A DNA stretch of 64,000 bases from Octopus sinensis (taxonomy: Eukaryota). Numbering within the stretch: position 1 is the stretch's first letter; each line of letters starts with the position of its first letter. This document shows positions 37,741 through 50,385 of the stretch, piece by piece. Location: contig NC_042997.1 in assembly GCF_006345805.1 (NCBI RefSeq), forward strand, positions 127,596,001 through 127,660,000. Reading direction: 5' to 3'. The notes beneath the pieces were generated by a model that had not been told where the DNA came from, did no database searches, and was given only the letters and a program-made list of their open reading frames with translations. The position numbers were made by a program, and so were the translations under genes.

Positions 37741-38495
37741 GTATGTTTAGAAGTGATACAGTTACCCAAGATGCCCTAAGCCTCATATATGAGATAGCAT
37801 TCTGAGACATGCTGTCGTGCAGAACCGATCTGCATGGAAGAAAAAGTAGTTGATGATGATGATCCTCCTCTTCATCACCATCATCATCATCATCATGTTG
37901 ATTAATGGTATTTTTGTTATTGTTTGTGTTATCCTTTCATCCTTTCGGGGTCGATATAATTGACTTAATCCATCCTTGTTTGTCCTCTCTGTGTTTAGCA
38001 CCTTGTGGGTAGTAAAGAAATAGGTATTCCAGTTGTTATTGTTGTTGGCAGTGGTGGTGGTGGTGGTGGTTGTGATGAGGAAGAGGAAGAAGAAGAGAAG
38101 GACAATGGTGGTTGTAGTGGTGATGACAATGATGACACCGGTTGTAGTGATGACGATGATGATTTCTACAGCAATAACGATGAAAATGTAGGTCACTATT
38201 TCACGTCTTGTACAGTTTTAAATATGTTGTATAGACACAGCGACTATTTCATGATTTTTAAAAATATTTATTTATATATATGTTATATGCACACACACAC
38301 ACATGCTATATATATATGTACAGTGACTATTAGATACCTTCCTTATTCAGTAATATTTCTGTTGCCTCAAGCAGTTTACTAATTAAATATATCAGGCTTT
38401 CTGTAAGAAGAACTGAAAGCAACTTCAATCAATGTAAATCTAAGTCAGCAGTTCTCAGATATTTAGCTATCATATTTTTACTTTACTTTTTCCAG

Positions 38496-38528
38496 ATTCG
38501 ATTTTGTTTGGGCAAGAACCATTGACAA
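38496..38528 (+). CDS. Candidate 33-nt exon (FDFVWARTIDK in phase 2), unidentified
   Basis: Very strong acceptor tttttactttactttttccag; weak donor AA|gtgaat, or TGA follows if terminal. Confidence 0.2.
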
Positions 38529-38989
38529 GTGAATCAATAAACACTGCGGGGATGTTTTTCAGGATTACACGAGATTATATTCAGGATTAGAGAGCAACCA
38601 TATGGTGCCAATATTACGACACTTTCAATTCAAAAAGACTTATCTTTGATAACTCACACTCGAATAAATCAGAAATATATTACTGCAAAACCGAATAACA
38701 GACAGAGTTGGGGACATTGAGATGCTGGTTTGGCTGTGAGATATAGAGACATACAACAGAGTTTTGGGTGCAACAGGAAGTAAGAGGAAGCAGAAAGGAG
38801 ACAGGACTTGGAGAAAAAATGTATATAATATGGTATATACAGGAAAATAAAAGATTGGAGAAAGTGAATGAAATAAAACAAGAAAACCATTCTGAAAATA
38901 ATCAAATTTTTTTTTCTTTTGTAATTGTATTACTATTCTATAAGATAGACTTGTTTGTTACTGTGAGCAGTGTGAAATGAGATACGTGG

Positions 38990-39570
38990 AGGTAAAGCCA
39001 TTGAATGGGAGGAACATATCCTGTGCCAATAGCTCTTTGTGTGTGTGTATGTGTGTGCGCGAGTCTTTGTGCTTCAGTTTTTACATATGTGGTTGTGTGC
39101 CTGTGTGTGCGTATTAGTGTGTGTCCTTTCAGTTCTTGCATATGCGTCTGTGTGCATATGAGTATGTGTATGAAGTGGGTACGAATTGTGTGTACTCATA
39201 GGTTGAACAACACGTAAACAAACAGGAATTTTTGTATATACACAGACATACACATACATATGTACAAACATACAAGTATGTATGCAAATATGCACACACA
39301 CACACGCACACACACACTTATACACACACCAATGCTTCACTATTTGCTTATACAAATGTGTGCATGTGCTCAGTTTTGCTAATATCTATTGATTTATATA
39401 CAGAAATATATTCATATATATGTATACATTTATAGATGTTTATACATTTGCATCAATGTGTATGTTTGAGATTTACGAGTATATATTGATTACTATACAT
39501 ATATATTTACATTTACGCGTGTATATAATTTTTCCTGTTATTGTAACTTTGTACGCTCTCGTGTGTGCTT

Positions 39571-39601
<31 letters not shown>

Positions 39602-40900
39602 CTTGTGTGTGTGTGTGTGTGATTTACAAATATATAATGATTAATACATACAGAGATATTAATATGCATATATATTATTTTCATAAAAGTAAATAAATAA
39701 GTCTGTTTGTGTGTGTGTGTGTGTGTGAGAGAGTATATGTGTGTGCGTGTGTGTTTGTGTGTAGTGTGTGTGTATTTGTGTGTGTGTGTGTGGGGGGGGG
39801 CATGCATATATAATCATATATGAAAACAGATATACAGAAAATGAAGGAATATATTCAAATATATAATGAAACATAAAGGAAAATGGTATGTAAATGTATG
39901 TAAATGAATAAAAAAGTTCACACAGAAAAGTACACAAACACGCATGCACAAACACACAGACACACACACACACACATTTACATATAAACATACACTCGTT
40001 TATTCTCAAATACAGAAAGGAGATCAAGCGCACACGCACAGGCAGGGATAGGTGCACAATCACTCTAAAAATTATATATATATAAAACATATATATAATT
40101 AGTCATTTGTACAAAATATACACATTAAATGACAGACATAGAAACCCATTATAGCGTTTATGTGCGCGTGTGTGTGAGGGTGTGTGTGCATATATATATA
40201 TATATATATATGTATGTATACATACATTTACATACCATTATATATATATATATAATATATATATATATATAGAAATGCTGATGATAATATATTTGAAGGT
40301 ATGTGTGTGCGTGTGTGTATACATTATATATATATAATGTATACACACACGCACACACATATATACACAGTTTCATATATAATTAGTAATTTATAGAAAA
40401 CATATGCATCACATAAATACACATTAAATGGCATATACATATGTATGTGCGTGTGTGTGTGTACGTTCACACATGTGTATTACATGCACATTATGGCACA
40501 CATATACACGCGTACTGTGCATAGAACCAAGTGCATAGAAACAGGCACATACATAGCTATAACAAACACACGTGCATATTCAGGCATACAGTTTCACACA
40601 TAGGACATGTACATATAACTATACAGTTGCAAACAGATACGCATATACATATAAGCTTACAGTCACAAACAGATCCGCGCGCGTGTGTGTAACTGAACAG
40701 CAACAAGTAGACACATATATACATACACTTTCATGCACCCGCACACATACACACAGATTGAAAAACAATCAGATATATATACAATATTGATTTTTAAATT
40801 TTAGTATTTACTGAGAAATATACACTTGCATTGTACATATAGCCCGACACATATGTATACATACATACAAATGCAAATATAAATAAATATATATATATAT

Positions 40901-40984
<84 letters not shown>

Positions 40985-40990
40985 CTATAT
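38990..40990. repeat. 2-kb mosaic of (GT)n/(CA)n/(TA)n low-complexity sequence
   Basis: Directly visible. Confidence 0.9.
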
Positions 40991-42044
40991 GTATGCATGT
41001 ATGTATATACTAGACAGACATACATTCACACACACACGTCTTTGTTTTTCACAAACAAGACAAAAAGCACTTAATACATATTGTAGACTATATTTATTGT
41101 ACGCTACTGATTCTGGCTGTGTCACTTTAGGAGTTTCACGTGTCGTACGTTTTATTTCCTCTGGCAATGCTTAATGTGTTGAGAGAAAAATATACCAGAT
41201 GGTATTAAATTCTATCAATTCCATTGGTTATGTTCGATCATGTGGTGTATAGGTTTAGTAGAAAAGTTCCTTTTCTAGCGAAGATCATTTCCAACTTGTA
41301 AATGTTTCTTATGTTACGATATTTAGGAAATATTTCTTATGTTCTGTTTTGTTCTGTTATAAAGAATGAATCTGACTATTTAATGTCGAAATTTTGGTCG
41401 GCAGCTATCCAATCTGCAATTTAAAGGTATCCAGTCTGGGATACGTTTAAATTTGTGAAACACTGATATTTTCTGTTGTGTGGACATGTAGAGAATATCT
41501 TGTCTTTCCTGTTCGAAATATTACTATAGTCAGTATTTTATACTTCTCAAATTATAAGTTTCGTCTGCTATAGCTTCTATTGTGTGGTTTCACTTCTTTG
41601 ACGAATGCGCAATTTACTGTGACATCGTGTGCTTCTCAGACCTAATTTGATAGTTTTCTCGAGTTAACCCTGTTCCTGAACTTACATTACTATGTTACGT
41701 TCAAATCTTAAAACAAAATTAATTCCACATCATTATCACAGTAGATATGGAATCTCAAAGACATAGGAGTAAATGACACCATAATAAAGTGAAGTATTGT
41801 TGAAAACTGCGGCAGAAGGAATTTATTCAAAACTTAAAAGAATAAACAACTGACTTTACCAGATAATGTACTCAGTAGGAGAGATGAGATCATCTCTATA
41901 TATTCGCACAGGAGAAAATTTAATGCTTTCATCTGTTAAACATATTTCTATGCTGATACTCTCGAATCATTACCTCGATAAATACCGACTCAAATTTCGA
42001 CAACATATGTTGAGTCTTAGAAAAACAAAATCGTTCTTAGTCAA

Positions 42045-42440
42045 AGGAGTGGCTGTGTGTTAAATAGCTTGCTTACTGACTACATGGTTCCGGGTTCAGC
42101 CCCACTGCGTAGCATCTTGGGAAAATGTCTTCTACTATAGCCTCGAGCCGACCAAAGCCTTGTGAGTGGATTTGGTAGACGGAAACTGAAAAGAATCCCG
42201 TCGTATATGTATATGTTTATGTGTGTGTGTGTTTGTGAGTCTGTTTGTCCTCACAACATCGCTTGACAACCGATGCTGGTGTGTTTACGTGCCCGTAACT
42301 TAGCGGTTCGGCATAAGAGACCGATAGAATAAGTACTAGGCTTCTAAAGAATAAGTCCTGGGGTCGATTTGCTCGACTAAAGGCGGTGCTCCAGCATGGC
42401 CGCAGTCAAATGAGTGAAACAAGTAAAAGACTAAAAGCAA
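42045..42440 (+). mobile_element. SINE family C, CpG-retaining copy
   Basis: Full-length family match. Confidence 0.9.
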
Positions 42441-42499
42441 GAGTTAGTAATCGTGAGTGTCTGTAGATTCCTAACTACTCCCACATTTTGCGGTGCAGT

Positions 42500-42930
42500 T
42501 TAACCAAATTCGGGTATCTTATAGTCGTGATTCATATCGAGCCCGTCTGAGTATTAGCGAGCGTCTACGATGAGTCTACGATTTTAAAAATAATTTAACA
42601 TCATTTTTTATTCCATTTTAATGCATAATTTTTCGTGTGTCGATGGCGGCGGAGTTGGTGTCCACGCTCAAACACCTGCACCTGTTTGCTTCTCCCCCTT
42701 CTTCCCTCCCTCGTGAAGCTGTGGGGAAGGGAGTGTAAGGAAATTAACGTCGTAAAGCGTTGTCAAGGAGACCAGCGTTCTTTTAGAACAACGACTTCAT
42801 GGCTTGAAGACACCAAAACAGAAATGGCTAAGAAAGCCCGAATTGGCATCTATAAGGGAAGTAACTCTCTAAAAATGCTTATATAGTTTTTTCCCTTACA
42901 AACCCGAGCAACGCCGAGCGATACTGCTAG
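42500..42930 (+). mobile_element. Non-autonomous Helitron-like element (3' end)
   Basis: Ends cccgagcaacgccgagcgatactg-CTAG|T: GC-rich imperfect palindrome shortly before CTAG, followed by T; 5' boundary uncertain. Confidence 0.55.
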
Positions 42931-43049
42931 TCGTATCTAAATTAAGAGTTACCATAGGCAAAGGGAAACTTTCCCGTGATTGCCATGTAGCAAAAAACGA
43001 AATCACATGACCTTAGATGACGAGTGGAATAAACATGGTTAGTAATTAT

Positions 43050-43378
43050 AACCTGGCATTCCGCAGGCTACGACGACTAGTGTTCCAAATGATCTGATCA
43101 ACAGAACAGTGTGCTCGTGGAATTAACGTGCAAGTGGCCGAGCACTTCATAAACACGCATATCCTTACCGTAGTTCTCAGGAAGATACAGCGTGACACAA
43201 TGTGATAAGGCTGGCCTTTTGAAATACAGGTGCAACTCATTTTTGCCAACTGAGTATACTGGAGCAACATGAAATAAAGCGTCTTGCTCAAGAACTCAGT
43301 GCGCCATCGAGAATCCAACTCATGACCATACGATCCTGAACCCAATACCTTAACCACTCAGCTACGCAACTTCACACG
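43050..43378 (-). mobile_element. SINE family B
   Basis: Reverse-complement match to 2511-2826. Confidence 0.8.
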
Positions 43379-43467
43379 CATCTTAATTCAAATAACTTCG
43401 CTTATGGGGATTACAACACGTGAAACTCAGAGTTGACCTAAAACACCTTATACACAATATTATAGAT

Positions 43468-43781
43468 CAGTGGTTCCCAAAGTGGGCGGTATTGCCCCCC
43501 CACCCACTCAAGGGCGGGGAAAGTTCCAAGGGGGTGTTGAAGAAAAGTGGGGTGATAATGGTGTCGCGATTCATATAACAAGTGCGGCGATAATGGGGTA
43601 GCGATTCGTGTGAAAACAGCTAAATAATGGGGGTTTCTTTAGGTTAAATTATACTTGTGAAACACGGTTGCTTTGAATTTACTCCAGGAAGAGGTCTATG
43701 TTTGTGATGATTAGTTGGGATGGAGTACTAGGAATGCTGGCGTCAAGGGGGTGGCAGCCCGAAAAAGGCTGGGAACCACTG
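43468..43781. mobile_element. hAT-type MITE
   Basis: TIRs cagtggttccca / tgggaaccactg; flanks ttatagat / cttagata resemble a decayed 8-bp TSD. Confidence 0.75.
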
Positions 43782-44460
43782 CTTAGATACATATACCTCC
43801 CACAGTTGACAACAGTTTATAGGCGCAGGCATGGCTTTATGTTAAGTAGTTTGTTTCCCAACCACATCGGTTTTAGTCACACAGCACAAACACCTTGGAC
43901 AAGCTTCTTTTACTATAGCCGCGGGTCGGTGAAAGTCATGTGAGTGGATTTGGTAGATAGAAACCGAAAGATCATCTGTGTATGTGCGAGCGTGTGTGTG
44001 TGATTGTGTTTGTGTTTGTCCCCATCACCACCGCTTGACAACCGATGCTGGTTTGTTTACATCCACGTAACCTAGCGATTCGGCGTAAGAGACGGACAGT
44101 TAAGTACAGTGCTTTGAAAATTAAGTACTTTGGTCAGTTCATTTGACTGAAACCCTTCAAGCTCGTGCCCCAACATGGCAGCAGTCATCGACTACAAAAA
44201 GTAGATGAAAAAAGATATATATGGGAAACGTTTAAAACATCCCACACAAGACGCGAGACATGGAAAATATTAACAAAATGCATTTTTCATTTCACATTAC
44301 ATCTAATTAATTCTAAAGTATATTATTACAATCAAATCTTTTCAGAATACAATAATATGCATTGAATAACAGATAATCACAATTAAATTATTTTAAAATA
44401 GATTATTACATATTCCGAAATATCATTCATAATACGTTACTACAATCAAATTATGTGTGG

Positions 44461-44501
<41 letters not shown>

Positions 44502-44599
44502 GTGTGTGTGTGTGTGTATCTTTACGGGATGATAGCGCTAAGCAGTGCTGTGCATAAATACAAATTTCATACTAGTTCAAGTATGTTGGTGTTTGTTTT

Positions 44600-44900
44600 T
44601 TGTTCCTTCTCGAGCCAAGCCTGGCTCATAAGGGCCGGTTTCCCGGTTTCATTGGCGTATAGGTTTCCCACCTGGACGGGAAGCCAGTTCGACACAGATG
44701 TGCTGCTAGATGCAGGGGGAAAGAGTGAGAGAACGATGTGGCGAAAGAGTCAGCAGAAGTTCGCTATTACCGTCTGTCGGAGCCGCGTGGAGCTTAGGTG
44801 TTTCGCTCATAAACACACATATTGCCCGGCCTGAGATTCGAATCCGCAATCCCTCGACCGTGAGTCCGCTGCTCTAACTGCTAGGCCATGTGCCTCCACA
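44600..44900 (-). mobile_element. SINE with family D head and a different 3' tail
   Basis: ggaggcacatggcctagcagttagagcagcggactcacggtcgagggattgcggattcgaatc head plus aaacacctaagctccacg block shared with 45808 and 49757 copies. Confidence 0.75.
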
Positions 44901-45404
44901 TTTCAAATATGCTTGAGGCAAAATCGTACCCGTATGAATGCCATGCACTGGGTTTTGTCATGGAAAAAATTTCCCGCCCTAGACAAATGTGTGTAAATAC
45001 ACCGAGTCACCTAACCAGACTGTGGGATGCATGGATTTCAAAGTGGTTATCGCTTCTTCAGCCGCAGAGACTGGAAAGGGAGGTGCTGCGAACTGACACG
45101 AGATACAGGTCCTTCTTGTGATATTCCAATCATTGCTTAATGACTGACAGCGCTAAGCAGTGATGAATGTGTGCGCGCGCGAGTGTGTGTGTGTGTGTGC
45201 GTGCGTGTGCGCGCGCGTGTGAGGCTTGCTTCCCAACGACATGTAAACCCTCACCCTACTCCCACCCTGCCCCGAACTGTCCTACCCTCCCCCGGCAGTC
45301 ACCAACTTTCACCCTGCCCCACCTGACACAGACACACAGGAACCCCGAAATTCCTCAATACCCCCCCCCCCAAAAGGAAAAAAAATGTATGACATTTTAT
45401 ATAA

Positions 45405-45596
45405 TATAACAATCGGTTAAAAGAGGAGGTAAACTCTCCAATGTCGGTGGATACATCGTATTATGTCGGATGTGCCATATTGAGTGACGAAGATCGGATT
45501 GGACTGATGAAAAGGTACGGGGCGGAGATTGTAGACCTGGAGAAAGAGATTGATATTAGTAAGTTACCACCAACGGTGGCCTTTCACAAACTTTAA
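45405..45596 (+). pseudogene. 63-codon stop-to-stop reading frame, possible ITPK1-like N-terminal fragment or an exon (45424-45558)
   Basis: YYVGCAILSDEDRIGLMKRYGAEIVDLEKEIDISKLPPTVAFHKL; protein-like composition, CpG-rich, strong internal donor ATTA|gtaagt; similarity judged by eye only. Confidence 0.3.
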
Positions 45597-45807
45597 CATG
45601 ACAACGTTTAACTATAATGAATTAATGTTTTAAAAGTTGTGTTGAAAGAGTTAAATGAAGTCATTTGGATTGTGGAGTCAAGTGGCCTTCATTCCAGCTT
45701 CCAATATTTATAACCACCTTTTTCATTCGTTTTTATTTTTTTCCCTACTTATGTGTTTGTCTGTCCTTGTATTGTCCCTCTTCGTTTAGCCCCTTGTAGG
45801 TAATTGT

Positions 45808-46188
45808 GGAGGCGCAATGGCCCAGTGGTTAGGGCAGCGGACTCGCGGTCGGAGGACCGCAGCTTCGATTCCCAGACCGGGCATTGTGAGTGTTTATTGA
45901 GCGAAAACACCTAAGGCTCCACGAGGCTCCGGCAGGGGAGGGGGTGAACCCTGCTGTACTCTTTCACCACAACTTTCTCTCGCTCTTTCTTCCTGTTTCT
46001 CTTGTACCTGTATTTCAAAGGGCCAGCCTTATCACATTCTGTGTGTCACGCTGAATCTCCTCGAGAACTACGTTCAGGGTACACGTGTCTGTGGAGTGCT
46101 CAGCCACTTGCACGTTAATATCACAAGCAAGCTGTTCCGTTGATCGTATCAGCTGGGACCCTCATCGTCGCAACCGACGGAGTGCTCC
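45808..46188 (+). mobile_element. SINE family D (tRNA-derived head; 3' body shared with family B)
   Basis: A box tggcccagtgg, B box cttcgattcc; ends gcaaccgacggagtgctcc. Confidence 0.85.
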
Positions 46189-46640
46189 TATATGTAGGTA
46201 ATTACGAACAAATCTTTACTGTTAACATGTACAATTACTATGAAAAAATTATACTGGATTACCACTATGAGAATCTCTCAAAAACCTTGTTGGATTACTA
46301 TATGGAAATTTATACAGAATTCCTACGACTTCTATCTATACCACTATGGATAAGCTAATTCTTATAAACACAGATAAACTTTTAAGAACGGTTTTCTTCC
46401 TTTTATATCTCTGAAGAATGGTTATGCAACTTCAATATGATTATCGTTTCGATTTCATTCAGATAAGTTATATAATCATGAGACGATCGTAAGAATTGTT
46501 ATATATCTTCTTATTCTCTATTGTACATTTCTCTTCTCATCATTTACGTGGTAAAACATTTCTCTATGGTAATATATACTTCTTGTGAATATTCCAAATA
46601 TACTTATTCCATTATTTCTTATATTCTAATATATATATAC

Positions 46641-46689
<49 letters not shown>

Positions 46690-46721
46690 TGTGTGTGTGT
46701 ATGTGTGTGTGTATGTATGTA

Positions 46722-46825
<104 letters not shown>

Positions 46826-46849
46826 TGTATGTATGTATATATATAGTTG

Positions 46850-46990
46850 AAATTTATAGGAAACTAAGAGACGAAGACAGGTGTATGAACAACAAGCAGG
46901 CGTATTAGTTTGATGCTCGGAAAAAGGTAAAAGTCTTTTACGTTTCGAGCCTATGCGCTTTAACATAATGGAATAAGAGAAAATAAACAG
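46850..46990 (-). mobile_element. PLE-type terminal repeat with a decayed hammerhead-like motif (46935-46970)
   Basis: atgttaa-a-gcgc atag gctc-GAAACGTA-aaag; lies 3' of the PLE ORF on the same strand; homologous to 14690-14860. Confidence 0.65.
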
Positions 46991-47439
46991 AGAGCGAATG
47001 AAAAAATACCTGTAGATTTAGCGGTCAAGCATGGCGACTGATTAAAAAAAGAGTTTGAAAGAAGAGGTTGGAAAAAAGGGAAATGATAAAGTGATGGTGA
47101 TCCTACATGAAGATGCGCGTGCATGTGTGTGTATGTGAGAATGGTGTGTGTGAATGTGTGTGTATGTGTGAATAGGAGCTACTGACATTGACGTATGTGG
47201 GTGTGGGCGTATGTATGTGTATGCATCTGTAATGTGTGACTGCTCATATACTGGTATGTGTGGTGATGCTCTTGAAGATTGTGTGTGAGTGTGTGTGGAT
47301 GATGCTGTGTAGTGTGAGTGCAGGGAAGTGGTCAGTACTAGTGTGTGGAGTGGTATGGAGTGGTGTAGTGGGGGGGTATTGGAGTATCAATGAAGAGAAG
47401 AGGTGGGCAGGAGCGAAGAGAGGAAGTAGGTGTCGGACG

Positions 47440-48790
47440 AAGAGAGAAGGGGTGTCAGATGAGGAGAGGAGGGGAGTCAGATGAAGGGAGGAGGAGAGTC
47501 GAGCCCATATGGCGCAAAGGAGCAAAGAGAGAAGATGGCCCCTGTGCAATAACAGTCCGCGACACAGACATGTTGTAGTGAATGACCGGTAGAGCGGAAA
47601 TGGCGCGAAACCAGGATGTCATTGCTGAGTCTGATGTCTCGGAGGTGCTCCGTGAACAGGTCAGCAAAGCGGCGTCCCGTTTGACCGATGTACAAGAAGG
47701 GCAGAAAGAGCAGGAAATGCAGTAAATAACGTTGCTGGATGTGCAGGTAAAGGAATCGGTGATGTGATAAAGACGATGATGGGTGTCTGTGAGGAAGGTG
47801 ATGTTGGGGAGGTTGGGGCAAGTAGGGTAGCGTAGGCAGGAGCAGGGAAACAAGCCAAGCTGTGATGTGGAGGTTAGAGAAGAGAGTGTGCACCAGGAGG
47901 TCACGCAGGTTGTAGGCTCGTTTGAAGGAGGGAGAATATGTGCGAGGTGGAGGGATCAGATTGGAGTCGCCGGAAGGCTCGGAGAATGGTGCGTTGGAGG
48001 AGCAGGGTGGAGTGGTGGTAGGTAAAGGGAAACGAGAGTCGGTAACAGTGGAGCAGGTGCGGGGAGAAAGAGCAAAGGCACGTTCATAGAATGCGCCCTG
48101 ACAAGGGTAGTGTGGATAGTGGTGAAGGGATATCCACAAAGGATGAAGGGGCGAGCCATGAGTTGAGACTGAATCTCAAAGTCATGGTTGTCACTGCAGT
48201 GCTTGCGCAGACGGAAGAATTGGGAGTAGGGGACGGAGACCTTACTTTGGGTAGGGTGGGAGGAGGAGAAGTTAAGGTAGGAGTGTGAGTCGGTGTGTTT
48301 GTAGTGGATAGACGTAGTGAGAGCGGAGCGATGTATACTGCTAGAAATGTCGAGAAATACGACGGAAGGATTAGAAATTCGAGAATTTGAGGGCGGGATG
48401 GAAAGATTAGACAAAAAGGAGGAAAGAGTCTAGTTTTTCGCAGCAGAGTGAGGTTGCACCGATACAGTCATCGATATAACGACCATATATAGTTTGGGAG
48501 TGGAACCAGTGAATCGTAAGAATATTTGGGCCTCAGCGTAGCCAACGAGCAGGTTCGCATAGTTGGGGCCCATTGTTGTTCCCATGGCCATTCCCGAGAT
48601 CTATTCGTAAAATCTCCCGCGAACAAGAAGCAGTCGAGGGAGAGAACAAGTTCCGCCAGACGAAGAAGTGTGGATGTATCAGGTTGGGGGTTGGGTCGAA
48701 GGCCCAGAAAATGTTTCAATGCAAGAAGTGCTTCGTTGTATGGGATTACCGTATATAAACTCTTGATATCAAGAGTGAAGAGTAGTTTAC
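47440..48790 (-). mobile_element. Penelope-like element, decayed RT, thumb and GIY-YIG endonuclease
   Basis: LDIKSLYTVIP..LLRLAELVLSLDCFLF; TSIHYKHTDSHSYLNFSSSHP; FTCTSSNVIYCISC and YIGQTGRRFADLFTEHLRDIR; several frameshifts. Confidence 0.92.
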
Positions 48791-48898
48791 ATGTATATTT
48801 ATATATATATACATATATATATATGTGTGTGTGTGTGTGCGTGTATACATGCATATATATGTATATATATATATAATATCAATCTATCAATCTATCAA

Positions 48899-48949
<51 letters not shown>

Positions 48950-48959
48950 TATATATAAA

Positions 48960-49260
48960 AATTACAAAAGGGGACAAGAACGCAAACCACAAAAGACGAC
49001 ACAAAAAAACAAACGGGTCATTCGAAGCCTCTAATCTTCAGTCGGGAACCGGATCATCTTAGCAATTTCGGCTGATTAATCCTGATATCTATCCGATCCG
49101 GCCAGCCCCAAGGAAAAACTAAGCTACGAGCATTAGATTTCTTAGGAAAAGGATTGAATGTATACGAAACAAGGACAGAAAACCGGACGATGCCAAACGA
49201 ATATAAATACAAGAAACAAAAAATAAAAATAAAAAACAAGAATAGCAATAACAGGACAAA
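48960..49260 (-). mobile_element. Probable PLE-associated terminal repeat 5' of the PLE ORF
   Basis: Non-coding, A-rich on plus strand, carries GAAA...CTGAAGA...GAAT motifs on the minus strand; family assignment is inference from position. Confidence 0.4.
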
Positions 49261-49299
49261 AACAGCGGATGTCTTACGACTTCAGACAATTTAGCTTAT

Positions 49300-49626
49300 C
49301 TTGGCTGGCGTATTTTGAAAAAATGCCTTTGCGGCAGACGAAGACAACAGTGTTAACATGGCAGCGGTCAAAGGCGGAAAGACCGATTACCTAGTACTTT
49401 TTAGTAGAGTATACACATACAAAACGTTTGCAAGGAAAAAGTTTAACGTTGAATTCGAAGTTTCGTCTTGTTTGTCTTCGTTGTATGTGTGTTTGTATCT
49501 CATGCTCTCGATATCCCCTGATGGTGGTAAAAGAATGTCACCGTCATATAAACGGTGTTCTTCGTTTCCATTCTTCTGTGAAACGATTTTCCGACCACCA
49601 AGTAATATTAACTTACTTGAATACAG
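49300..49626 (+). promoter_or_regulatory. Candidate promoter / first exon (aacATGGCAGCG at 49355)
   Basis: Unique CpG-rich sequence, ATGGCNGCG start context, 90-aa ORF ending at strong donor TACAG|gtgaga; an overlapping minus-strand exon-like segment (49390-49577) is an alternative. Confidence 0.3.
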
Positions 49627-49756
49627 GTGAGAGTTAGACACAGGAAGGGCATCAGGTTGTAGATAATCTTCCTCAATGAATTTCGTCTGATCCATTCAAG
49701 CTTGGGAAATGGACGTTAAAGCATTGATATAGATGTGTGTGTATGTGCGTGCGTGG

Positions 49757-50134
49757 CGGAGGCGCAATGACCCAGTGGTTAGGGCAGCGGACTCGCGGTC
49801 GTAGGATCGCGGTTTCGATTCCCAGACTGGGCATTGTGAGTGTTTATTGAGCGAAAACACCTAAAGCTCTACGAGACTCCGGCAGGGATGGTGGTGATCC
49901 CTGCTGTACTCTTTCACCACAACTTTCTCTCATTCTTACTTCCTGTTTCTGTTGTACCTGTATTTCAAAGGGCCGGCCTTGTCACCCTGTGTCACGCTGA
50001 ATATCCCCGAGAACTACGTTAAGGGTACACGTGTCTGTGGGGTACTCAGCCACTTACACGTTAATTTCACGAGCAGGCTGTTCCGTTGATCGGATCAACC
50101 GGAACCCTCGTCGTCGTAACCGACGGAGTGCTTC
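49757..50134 (+). mobile_element. SINE family D
   Basis: Close match to 45808-46188, B box gtttcgattcc. Confidence 0.85.
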
Positions 50135-50182
50135 CACAAACGACGGCGAGAATTCAACGCATATTCTACGGATTAATTGATA

Positions 50183-50385
50183 CATATTTCTTTACTACCC
50201 ACAAGGGGCTAAACACAGAGGGGACAAGCAAGGGCAGACAAACGGATTAAGTCGATTACATCGATCCCCGAAAGGATGAAAGGTAAAGCCGACCTCGGCG
50301 GAATTTAAACCCAGAACGTAACGGCAGACGAAATACGGCTAGGCATTTCGCCCGGCGTGCTAATGTTTCTGCCAGTTCGCCGCCT
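50183..50385 (-). mobile_element. SINE family A with 19-bp target-site duplication
   Basis: ttctacggattaattgata (50164-50182) and ttctacgggttaattgata (50386-50404). Confidence 0.9.

Noticed and set aside
45808-45885. tRNA-like sequences with A and B boxes (also 2511, 29088, 49757 and SINE C heads)
   Set aside because: No complete cloverleaf; each continues into a shared SINE body
46440-46468. Minus-strand CTGAATGAAATCGAAACG hammerhead look-alike
   Set aside because: Core has an insertion, no stem II and no NUH site
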